Shown piece after piece: positions 27,438-38,670 of a stretch of 64,000 nt of DNA. This stretch comes from Lama glama. Its lineage: Eukaryota. Under the pieces are notes generated by a model. The model did not search any database, was not told the DNA's origin, and was given only the letters and a program-made list of their open reading frames with translations. The stretch is from positions 65,474,001 through 65,538,000 of the forward strand of contig CM052817.1 in NCBI GenBank assembly GCA_028534125.1, written 5' to 3'. The position numbers and the translations under genes are program-made. Each line of letters begins with the position of its first letter. Positions within the stretch are counted from its first letter, which is position 1.

Positions 27438-29728
27438 CTAGAAGAGGAGGGAACTGTTACTAGAGTTGCAGGGAGCTTGGCCACAAAAAAATTTAAGACC
27501 CCTGCCCCTTTCTGTGCAAAGATGTTTCTAAAGCCAATTTTTAACTTATTCTCTCCCCGCACCCCACGTCCCGTTGACCATTTTCTCAGACATGGTTACT
27601 ACTCCTTCTTCAGTCACAGCTAGCACATTCACGGTTCAGTCTCAGCTAGACCAACCCCACTGAACTTGGTTCTGGACAAATCTTAATCTTATCATTTCAT
27701 ATCGCTGTGTGAAACTATTATCCGTGATCGCACATCCTGCAGACACCAGAAAATGTCTCAGCTTATTTCAGTATCTCTGAAAAAAAAATTCTCCTTAAAG
27801 TATCAAATTACCTTTATAACACAGAATTGAATTTTTGGCTTTTCTTTATACGTTGCTCTCTCTGGGGACACAAATCACTGTATTTATGGTGCACCACGAT
27901 GCAGATATTGCTTCTAATTGCATCTGAAGCTCAAGGATTCAGCCTCTCAAAAGAGCCCTGCAAAATGTCCATGAAGCTGCTAACTGCAACTAATCTTCCA
28001 TCTGCTTTGCCAGCCTGTTCCACGAGGGTCAGGTAGGAAACAAGTTGGGCTTAGAGCAGGAACTCAGAATGATTCACTCTGCTTGAGAGCATGGCCTCTT
28101 GGGAGCAGACCTTGGTGGTCAAACCTTATATGAATCTGTGGCCTGTTAGGCAAAATATGTAATGTAATCACTTAAGTTCCTTGCTTGGTTCCGGATTTTG
28201 CTGTAGTTTTATTCCATTGCTACTCAGTTCCTATCTCTCGGATATCCTTTCATCTCTAATCTGTCTTCTGTCATCAGGATATGCCCTTGGAATATAATTC
28301 TCCTGTCTTTGCCTACCATTGTTTTATAAAGACCTTGATCTCCACTAATGTTTTGGCTACTTCTACTTCTATCCCCTTGGCAAAGATGCTGCAACATGAA
28401 TCTTAATCCCTCGAGTTTAATTCATGGCACCATATGCTGTTCACCAACTAGATCTAACCTCATCTTCCCTACCATCAGTACAGTTTTAACAGCATTTTAA
28501 AATTTCCATTATAAGTGTTATATATGATACCACATGTGATGCTCATAGCTGTTTTAGAATGAGTTGGTATTTTTTGTATGCCTTTATTTTTTTCCTTAGA
28601 ATACTATGAGTTCATTAGCAGATATGCATACTAACAGACGACTTCCTGCGTATTTGCCATTCTCATTTGAGTTAAAGCTCAGACTACTGTCAGCATTATC
28701 CAGATAAGCTTGTTTTCATACCAAAATCTCTGATTCGTGTTGGCTTCCAGAGAGCAGAGTGGGTTTACAAATTTTCCGAACTTAATGAAGTCTCACCCAC
28801 ATACCTGAAGAACGATTAACTGTGGTGTTTAATGGTGCTAGTTTAATGATAACAATACTATAAATTCTGTTTAGAAAATCAGGTTGACAACAATCAAATA
28901 GATTTGGTTAATTGTACGATTGTCAAACTTGGCTATGAAGTATTTTATGCTTTCAGAATAACTCTCCATAGTGGTAGGAATTGTACACTTTTTTTTTCCT
29001 GCATGATTCAGTTCATCCATAAAGTCCTCTTTCAGAGAAAATGTCAGCTTTTCGGATAACTTACTTGCAAATCATCCTAAGCAAAGCAGTTTTTCACTAC
29101 AGGGTATTCTTCCAAGTGAATTTAACCCATTGATTTTTTCCCTGTCCTCGATACTCAATGCCCACTGGCTTCCACCTGGCTGGCTGCTGCCCATAGAAGA
29201 TAGTACTGGTTGTTTAGAAACACAGAGAAATTAAACTGATTTGTAAAAATGCTATTTCCCCTCTGGAAACTGAGTGAGGAAATACATTTCAGACATTATT
29301 AAGAAGTTTATTCACTAACTCCCAAAGGGAAAGACATTGATTTGTTTTCCTCTTATTTTCCACCAAAAGTAAAATGAGCACTGCTGTTTCCGTCTTATCA
29401 CTTTGCCTTGCACTGTCGGGCTCGCGCGCTAACGGTCCCTGGCCTCGGGAACAGTGTTCGTTGGTGTCCTGGGGGCGCACTGTCCACGGGGTAACAAAGA
29501 AGAGCGTGGCGTATGTATCTTGTAAAAATAATTGATTTTTACTTTTTAACAGTATATGAGGCTTAGAGTTCAGTTAGTGAAATAATTAGAATTAAAGTGA
29601 GGAAAAAGATTCTATTTTACTGAAAACTAAAAAAGTTGACTCAACAAGCATATCATAAGGCTCTGCTATATACTGTGCACAAAGCAATGTGAACGACACG
29701 TAGTTTGGGACTTGGAGGGGCCACCTGA

Positions 29729-30081
29729 TGTGATGGATGGAAGGTCTGTGTCCCCCTACAATTCATATGTTGAACCTTGACGCCCAATGTGATGGTATTA
29801 GGATGCTGGGCTTTTGGAAAATGATTAGGTCATGAGGGGCGAGTCCTCATGAATGGGCTTAGTGCCCTGATAAAAGAGACCCCAGAGAGTTCTTTAGTCC
29901 CTTCTGCCATGTGAAGACACAGGCGGATCTAAAAACCAGGAAGACGGCGTTCATCAGACATTGGATCTGATGGTGCCTTGACTGAACTTCTCAGTCTCCA
30001 GAACTGTGAGAAATAGATGTTGGTAGTTTGAGCCACCTGGCTGTGGCATTTTTGTTGTAGCAACCTAAACAGAATAAGATG
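29729..30081 (+). mobile_element. MaLR solo LTR (MLT1A0/MST-like)
   Basis: aattcatatgttgaa...gattaggtcatgagg...ctccagaactgtgagaaata. Confidence 0.88.
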
Positions 30082-30499
30082 TTCAACTTGCAGGGGAAGC
30101 AGGTATATGGAGACATCCCTATACTATAGTGTGATGAAAAATATCATTAAATTCTGTAAAATTAGCCATACGAGAACACACCACTCTGCTTAAAGAGATG
30201 GTGTGTTAAAAATATACATTAAATTTGCTTTTAAGCTAGATCTTAATGGATACGTGGGTAGGACATTCTAGGAGAAGGAATGACCTGGATGAAGGCACGG
30301 ATACACAGCACTACAAAATATAACCAGGAAGGTGGCTGAAATGGGAAGATGATTGGAGTTTAAGACAACACAGAGGAGTGCTGAGTCATGAGAACTAAAT
30401 GGGGACTCAGATGAAGCATCAAGTGAAAAACAGAGCTCAAGTTCCTAGAACAAAAAAAAGACTGAATAAAGACTGAAAGAAATCTGAATAACATAGGAA

Positions 30500-30650
30500 C
30501 TTCAGTTAATAATTTTGGTTAAGTCATTGTGACAAACATACCATACTAACGTTAAGATGTTAATAATAAGGATATTTGGGAACTCTCTGTAACTATCTTC
30601 ACAATTTTTCTGTAAATCTAAAACTATCTTAAAATATAAAAGTTTATTTT
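30500..30650 (+). mobile_element. Old L1 3' end
   Basis: gggaactctctgtaactatcttcacaatttttctgtaaatctaaaac. Confidence 0.75.
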
Positions 30651-31380
30651 GGACAAGTCTTGAAAATATAATGCCATTATGGGAACCATAAATATTCAAG
30701 AGGCAAGGAGAAGAAGATGATACAGCAAAAAGGAGAAAATGAAGACTGAGGGTGTAGAAGAAAGCTGTGTCATTTTAAATGAAAGAAGAAAGACTTTTGG
30801 ATGCTAATGGAGAGATTAAGGAGGATAATAAAGAATTGTCAAATTGGAATCCCTCTAAAAATTGCAATTGTGTTCAATCCCGAGGAACCGATTCAATCAG
30901 CAGAACATACAGTCGAGGAAGACACCTTCATTGAAAGGAAATTGTGCCTCCCAGGAGGGAAATTGGTCACAAAACACTCTTCAAATCATGGGTCCCTAAG
31001 TGAAATCCTCAGCAATACTTCCCTTCATTCTTTGTTACATGGAAATGGAACAAATCTTAACTGTAGCTAAGACATGTCATTTTATGGCTTCTTTTCTACC
31101 GTATTTCCCCGCCCACCCACAAAACGAGGGCTATTTCATTAAAAAGAACTTGTCCATGTTTGATCATATCTGCCACTAGTAGTTAATTCCTGTTCCTTAC
31201 ATTCACCAGTGTTCACTGGATTTCTCTGCCCCTCTTCCTCTATTTCTGTGATCAAGCAGTACGGCATTTGGTTTCTGTGTGTAATTCCTCTCTCCCCTTA
31301 AGAGTGTAAATTCAAGTTTAGACTAAGCATGTTTATTCTCTTGTTAGGAAAACAAAATGAAACAAAACACTGTTACCTAC

Positions 31381-31476
31381 CTGGGTCTGTCTTCCAGCAC
31401 ATTCGATACAAACCCACCAGAACAAAGACTGAAAGTGTTATGACAATCAAAGCAATAACCACAGGCAAAATAATAC
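31381..31476 (-). CDS. EMCN: EMCN exon 8 (96 nt), transmembrane exon SIILPVVIALIVITLSVFVLVGLYRMCWKTDP
   Basis: Acceptor atgctttttag|, donor CAG|gtaggt. Near-identical to the human EMCN TM segment (…LYRMCWKADP). Confidence 0.98.
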
Positions 31477-31877
31477 CTAAAAAGCATTGGAGACATTGTC
31501 AGTTAGAGTGGCTACTGAATTTCACAACAAATAGTTTATGAACTGAGCAAAAGCATTCATGCTTCCTTTCTTCTTTAAACATCATTCTTATTACAGACTT
31601 TATATTTTAGACAAAGAAGATGCATCCGATTGCTCTAGTTGTCATTTCTGATATATCCACTTGATGTCAGTCTTGTAGCCCTTCTAAAATAAAACTCCAG
31701 CCCTAAGGAAGGCAGCTCCCACCTTCCTGGAGACTGGAGGAATGAGGAGATGGGAGACTGGCCAGGCAGATGTCCTCTAGAACTATGGTCAGACCCACAT
31801 GCACACTTTATATTCTCTACTGCTTTATAATGAAGTTACTAACATATCTGTATTTGAATCTATATCTATATATCTTG

Positions 31878-32188
31878 GATGAAGGCAGTCAAAAGGCACA
31901 AACTTTCAATTATAAGATAAATAAGTTCTAGGGATATAATGTACAACTTGATAAATATAATTAACACTGTTGTATATTACATATGAATGCTGTTAAGAGA
32001 GTAAATCCTGAGTTCTCAACACAAGAACATTTTTTCTATTTCTCTAATTTTGTATCTATGTGAGATGATGAGTGTGCACTAAACTTACTGTGATAAGTTT
32101 CATGATGTAAGTCAAACCATTATGCTGTACACCTTAAATGTATGTAGTGCTGTGTGTCAATTATATCTCAATAAAAATGGAAAAAAAT
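31878..32188 (+). mobile_element. L1 (L1MA/MB-like) 3' end with poly(A)
   Basis: gtcaaaaggcacaaactttcaattataagataaataagttctaggg...caattatatctcaataaaaatggaaaaaaa. Confidence 0.85.
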
Positions 32189-33347
32189 ATATCCCCTACT
32201 GGCCCTACTGGCAATGTTCTAGTCATAAAGCTGGCTTCCTAAAAAATTCACAGATACCTTTCTGTAATACTATCCTAAAACTCTAAAAAGGCACACAGTA
32301 TCATAAATGGATATAAATGGCTATCACGGTGGATTTAATTTCTAAACATGAACAACATGGTCCAAGAAAGATAAGCATGTGTGTGTTTGTGAATACCTGC
32401 TTGGGGGAGTGGTGTTGATGCAGTAAATTAGAGTGAGTTTTTCCTGTTCTTATTAAGAGGAGGGTTTTGCTGTTGGTTTATTTTAGCATCTGCCTTCTTT
32501 TCTAACAATCGTAGTCCAGGTTAAAACAAGAGTGATGAGAGGAAAAAGCTGTCATCGGGACGTAAGGAGAGACACAGACGTTATGGTTACCATTTAGTCA
32601 GTAGTCTCCTCTGCTTGCCTGTTCTCCTTATGTTTATCAGGGGTTGAGAACAGCTATCCAGTTCATCTGTTGGGTGGTTTACACTTCGACTCTCATGGGT
32701 AAGAGTTTGTTTTAAGTTATGTCCTGCTGGGTGCACATTAGACCTTGGTGAGATCATTAGTGCCTCTCAAAATGAAGATGCCATGAATCAGCAGGTCAGT
32801 ACACGCAATATTGACTTACTGAATGGAATGACTTTACCTAAACCTAAGATAATCTTTTATCATCACAGCTTCCTGTATATTCATCACATTCTTAATTTCC
32901 AGGGAAATTAATGAATATTCTCTATTCAATCCTAGTGTACGCAGTGTGTTGTATGACACATGCTTTTGCTAAAATGGAACACTTCTTAAAAAGCCATTTT
33001 TAACATTAAGGTAAAGTCCTATATTGGTGATAATTCATTTTTATGGAGATCTTTCTACCTGTGCACTTTGGCTTATCTGAGACTAGTCTCATCAATTTAC
33101 CTTGACCCCTGGTGGTAATTGCTGAGCACTAAGGTAAGAAATAAAAAATCCCCAAAGTGTACTCATTAAAACCAGGCTCAACAGGAGGAAATTTTCAAAG
33201 CAAGTGGCAGTTATATAGGATTATAATGGGATTGCAGGTTCAGTAAAGTTGAAAAAGGCTATCTATAATTGACTCCTTTCCCATATTGACAACATTCAGA
33301 CATTCTGCAGATCTACTGCCATGAATGAAGGTACGTCTGTTACTCAC

Positions 33348-33401
33348 TGGAATAAGAGGGGCTGGCTGAAGACGCGCTTGCATTTTTTCCATTCTCAGAA
33401 C
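33348..33401 (-). CDS. EMCN: EMCN exon 7 (54 nt, phase 1-1), SSENGKNASASSASPSYS
   Basis: Acceptor (tttc)n-ttaaccaatag|, donor CCA|gtgagt. Matches human TEGGKNASTSATSRSYS. Confidence 0.92.
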
Positions 33402-33410
33402 CTATTGGTT

Positions 33411-33411
33411 A

Positions 33412-33482
<71 letters not shown>

Positions 33483-33555
33483 GAAGGAAGAAAGAAAGAA
33501 AGAAAGAAGGAAGGAAAGAAGGAAGGAAAGAAGGAAGGAAAGAAGGAAAGAAGGA

Positions 33556-33643
<88 letters not shown>

Positions 33644-33645
33644 AG
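33411..33645. repeat. Compound (AAAG)n/(AAGG)n microsatellite, ~235 bp
   Basis: Read directly from the sequence. Confidence 0.99.
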
Positions 33646-34047
33646 TAAACCTTTGGTTAATGAGTACCAATCCTCACAATCTTCCCCACACCTCTCCGCT
33701 CCTCATTTATACGGGCATCTGAGATCTATAGCTATGAAGCTTCAAAGTGAAAACATTTTGTCTGAAAGAGCTCTGTTTTGTGAATCAAGAATGACAGGGA
33801 ATGAACATACACAATCTGATGTGTGTGGACACGTGCACACACCCATGATACCAGCACCACAATCAAGGTAGTAGACATAGCTGTCACCCCCAAAAGTTTC
33901 CTCTTTCCCCTCCCTTTTTTGTGGATGTGCAGTTTTTTTTGTGTATCAGTTATACTTCAATAAGCTGTTTTTTTTAGGCTGGTGGGATTTTCTTGGTGAG
34001 AAGGGTTAAGCGAAGCAAGTTTCCACTCATGCACACAGAAGCCATAC

Positions 34048-34140
34048 TTTGAGACGGTGAGACGTTTTCTGGAATCACTGGTATTGAGGTTAATAAACTG
34101 GTTTGGAAAGGTGATGATGCATCTGGTGGTGAGATGTTAA
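34048..34140 (-). CDS. EMCN: EMCN exon 6 (93 nt, phase 1-1), VNISPPDASSPFQTSLLTSIPVIPENVSPSQ
   Basis: Acceptor cattttcttacag|, donor AAA|gtatgg. Matches human PDASPSKTGTLTSIPVTIPENTSQSQ. Confidence 0.93.
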
Positions 34141-35901
34141 CTGTAAGAAAATGATAAATATAGAGTCAGATTATAGTATTTACTCTTCTTACTGAGTTTT
34201 TTTTTTTGCAGATTCAAACAGCCTGCATTTCTGAAGATCTGTAAAAACTGTTTATTGTTGAATAATGAGGTATACATTATTATACACTAAATCATGAGTT
34301 CGTCTATCTCCTCCTGCAGAGATGATTAAATTTGGAATCACAAAACTTTGATATTAGTATTACAGCTTCAAGAACTGGCCAGAAAACTCAAGGAAGTTTC
34401 TCACTTACTGCTCTAGCTAAAGCCTGTATCACCTACCGCACAAGACTCTTACAGGATGCAAATCTGCGCAAAACCATTATTTACGTTTTAGCTGTTACAA
34501 CTCTGGGTGATAGTGATTTTTAATCATCATATTTAAATGGACATAAATGCACTGGACTTTGTATTTTATATTGTTTCTTAGTGGTTAAAGAGAAAGATTA
34601 CAATTGAGGCTTTGTTTGGAAGAATTAGGGGGAAAATCAAAGAAGGTCCATTTATTTTCATCTTTGATGGCCAGCAGTGATTTGAACTTGTGTGCCTTCT
34701 CTAGAGTAACAGCTGCTTGGTTGCATTTTCACCACTGTCCATGCTCTTTTTTTACACGGAAAATGTTAATTTTAAATGTATTATTATTGTTTGTGTGCTT
34801 CAGTCAACATTTGCCATCTTCAAGCAGGACTAAAAGAAAAAAATACATAAAAATTTATTATTCTAAATTCATAAACTTCAACACATTTCAAAGAAATATA
34901 AATAATTACATATTTTCTAAGTGTACAGCATTTATTCTTGTGAACCTGGGATCAAACGTAGTTTGTATTTAGAAAATTTTTTGGAAAACCATTCTCTTTT
35001 TCTTGAAGTGTGAAGTAATATCTTTTCATCACACTTGTTTGCCTTGTCTCGTCACTGAACTGCAGGTTCTTGGAGTGTGAGGGCTGTAACTCCCACCACC
35101 TACTACCACATGAAGCTCTGACCACAGTGGGTGTGCAGTAAAATGTAGCTGACTGCTTGGCTGAACTAAGAGCTATCTCTTATAAACACAGCCCCCTTAG
35201 GAGTATTAAGGCCATGCATAATTGCATGGAAGAAATTGATACTGCTTCTGGCTGCCTTAGATCTTTCCTTCCTTGCCACCCACAGCCCAGCATGCACTGC
35301 ATGCTTATGCATTTTTGACATCTGTGGGGGAAGAATACTGTTAAGAGACTGTACCGTTCTTGCCATGCAAGAGATCTGTGGGAGGAAGCTAGATATATGC
35401 CCATAAGAACAAAGAAAAATGTCAGGCTAGTGCACGAAGCAGGCAGAAAAAGGAAACTTAAATACAAGAGTGGGAACTAACTGAAACCTTGGTCCTTAGC
35501 TGCTGATTCCAGTGTCAAGTGTTCTAGTGAGGATGAATGTTCTTTTGGTCGTGTTGGTAGAGAATGAGATGGCTGATTAAATAACCAATGGCATTAATCC
35601 CCCCCGGCTTTCCCAAGGGTTCATCCTCAAGGCTCCACACTGCACCTTATAACCTTCTTGTAGACAGGCTAGGCAGGAGCCTCAGTTCTGAGTATCATCT
35701 ATCTGGCTCAGATGAAACTCTCCAAGTTTTCCTCCTTAAAACACGTTGACTGTCCCGTGCCAACTGTTGTTGCTCAGGATCCAGAGGCAGGCAGTAGAAT
35801 TAACCCTCCTTAACAAAGGACTTACTGGCTCCTTGAAACAGACTTAATTTTTTTTTCTTTTAACCTCAGCCTCCAGTTAATAAATCATTTCGGAATTCAG
35901 T

Positions 35902-35934
<33 letters not shown>

Positions 35935-35938
35935 CACA
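35902..35938. repeat. (CA)n microsatellite
   Basis: Read directly from the sequence. Confidence 0.97.
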
Positions 35939-36229
35939 ATTCACCTCTATTACATTTAATGCCTTCTGGTGTTCTCTTTCCTATTCCCTTTAATTTTTTA
36001 AAAATACTGTTTTTGATCCACTAATGGGAATTAACTTACAGTTTGAGAAACCCTGTCCATTAGCACGATCATATTGATGAAATTACAGGTCTTGGCTGAA
36101 TTCATAAATTGTGATTCTTCTGTGGCTAAGATAGAGGATCCATGCCACGATCTGTGGATTTCATTGAGACTCTACTGTCCTACATTATTACTAAAGCATC
36201 CTTGGCAGAAGAGGTACAGGAGAGGAACA

Positions 36230-36430
36230 GTGGATGGTCAAGTGCATGATTGGAAGACTGAGTACCTGGACTCTAGCATTTATTTGCTGTGGCATCTTGG
36301 GCAAGTCACTTATGCTCTTTGTGTCTGAGTTCCCACATCTACAAATAGTGATTAAAATTATTCCGCGTCACAGTGTTGTAGTGAAAATTAAATGAGTAAG
36401 AATAAATTTAAATTGCTTAGAAGAGTTCTT
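36230..36430 (+). mobile_element. MIR
   Basis: cttgggcaagtcactta...ctgagttcccacatct...aaattaaatgag. Confidence 0.75.
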
Positions 36431-36987
36431 GAGACTATATGTTTGTACTGTACAATTATAAAATTTTAATATGTTATGTTATATTAATATACTATATTAT
36501 TTTATAATAACATCCTAAGGTTGTATTGTGATTAGGCACCTAGAAAGTTGTACCTTTCAACTAAAGTCAACTCATCCTCTGTCCTCAAATATTCTAAGTG
36601 TAAAGATAAATGAGCAGACATTTCAGCCATGTACATGTTTTCAGATGCTTCTTTGCTCTGGTCAGGAACAGGAGAAACTGGAGTATATGGTGCTCTTAGA
36701 CGACATAGACTTGCTCTTGGATCCTGACTTTTAGTGACTGTAATGACTACTGAATTGCAGATATGTCATCTCATGGTTTAAATTTAGTTTGCTAACTTCA
36801 GGCTAGAACTTGGAGCAAGCTGTTTAAGGCAGAGACCCTCAAAACAAAGTCTGTTGTCATAATGTGTATCCAAATTTACCCCATTGGCATCTACAGTGGT
36901 ACATAGTTGGCCTGTGGTGTAAACCAATTACTAGGTAAATTGTTCATACTTTTAAAGACAGAAGACCTACCGATGTCCCAGAACACC

Positions 36988-37230
36988 TGTGGTGGCTTTG
37001 AGAATGTGCCTCACAGAACGCAAACTACAGACAGTGTAATCGACCAAGGTTCCCCACCTGCTCTCTGAATTCCATCGCTGTTTGCCCTGATGCCATGCCT
37101 CCTGTAGGATGCTCTCAGCCAATGGTTGAGTCTGGCAAGGATATGAAAGCAGACCTGCTCCTGGGAGCCATGATCTCCTCCTAGGAGGAACTTGGGCTGG
37201 AGGAGTCCCTGATAGCCTTCATGTACCTTC
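36988..37230 (+). mobile_element. ERVL LTR fragment (LTR33/LTR16-like)
   Basis: tgtggtggctttgagaatgtgcctcacaga...ctcagccaatgg. Confidence 0.55.
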
Positions 37231-37514
37231 CATAGAGGAAGGCATATAGTATGCAGGTATTAATGGGAGATGAGCATGAGAGGCAGTAGAGGATAAAACG
37301 TTCTAGCGTAAGAAGGAAAATAAAACTGTGTCCTATTTTTAGTTCCCTTACATTTCCTATACTTCTTTTTGATATGGGCACAGTTAGTATGTGTCTGAGG
37401 GGCTAAATTCAATTGAATTGAATGATTATCAATTGTTTCCATTATTTATAAATAATTGGAACTGGTCTCTAATTGCAATTTGATGGACTCGTGTTTCATT
37501 AAAAAAAACTTTTC

Positions 37515-38670
37515 AGCATTTGACATAATAACTCATTCACTCCTCCTTAACACATCTTCTTCATGTGGCTTCCAGTAGAGTACATGCCACTGGATTTTCT
37601 CCAACCTTACGGATAATTCTTCTCAGTCTCCATGGCTGGTTTCACCTCTTCTTTCTGACTCACAATCTAGGATGGTCCCAGGACACAGTCCTTGCCTCAT
37701 CTCTAACTACACTAATTTCACTGGTGATTTCAATCAATTTCAAGATTTAAATATAATGTCCAAGCCAAGAATCCCCTCAAAATACTTCCATCCCAGACCT
37801 CTTTTCTAAACTCCAGATTCATAATAAAGAAAATAATAAAAATCTGAAGCTGAACATGTCCAAAATTGAACTTCTGCTCTTTCTGCAGCCTTCCTGTCCT
37901 AGTTAATGGTAGGTCTCCCTTCCACTTCTTCAGCCAAAGACCGCAGAGTTTTTTTTGATTTCATCTCTTTCTATCCTGTTCCACATGCAACCATCAAGAA
38001 TATCCGTAGGTGCCACCTCCAAAATGTGTTCCAAGTTTGGAGATTTCATGCCACCGACCCTATGGCCACCCTGGTCCAAGCTACCATCATCTCTCTCTAG
38101 AAAATCTACAAAAGAGAACCTTGCTTCATTTGACAGTCTCTCCTCAGCTCTCAGAGCAATACTTACAGAACATGAGTCAGATCACGTCACCCCTCTGTTC
38201 AAAACCCCCAGTGCTTCTCCCCTGCACTTACAGAAGAAGTCAGAGTCCCTGTAATAGCCCACCAAATCCCAGGCAATCTGCCTGGAGAGCCCCCTGCCTT
38301 TCTCCCTGCCCACCTACTCTTAAACACATCAGGCCTCTCCTCAAGTCCTAGCTCCACTTCGATGCTCTTCCCCATGTGTTGGGTGGCTCACCTCCTCTTT
38401 GTATTTGCTCAAACCCTTTTTTGTAAGACTTACCTTGACCACTTTTTTCAGTGCCACAAAGTGGTCCCCACTTCTCCAGCCCTCATACTCCCTCCACACT
38501 GCTCCACATCTTCTTTTTCTCATAGCACCTTCTACTTTACTTTATAATTTAATCAATTAATATGTTTATTGATGATAGTTTGTCTGCACTCCTAGAATAT
38601 AAGATCCTTGAGAGCACTGATTTTGCTCACTGATACTTCCCAAATGCTAGAGCAGTGTGTGGAATGAATG
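37515..38670 (+). mobile_element. L2 3' region
   Basis: tcagcatttgaca...aacatgtccaaaattgaact...ctggtccaagctaccatcatctct...tagaatataagatccttgag...gaatgaatg. Confidence 0.88.

Noticed and set aside
33321..33722. KERK-rich and FLSF-rich ORFs
   Set aside because: They are translations of the (AAAG)n microsatellite.
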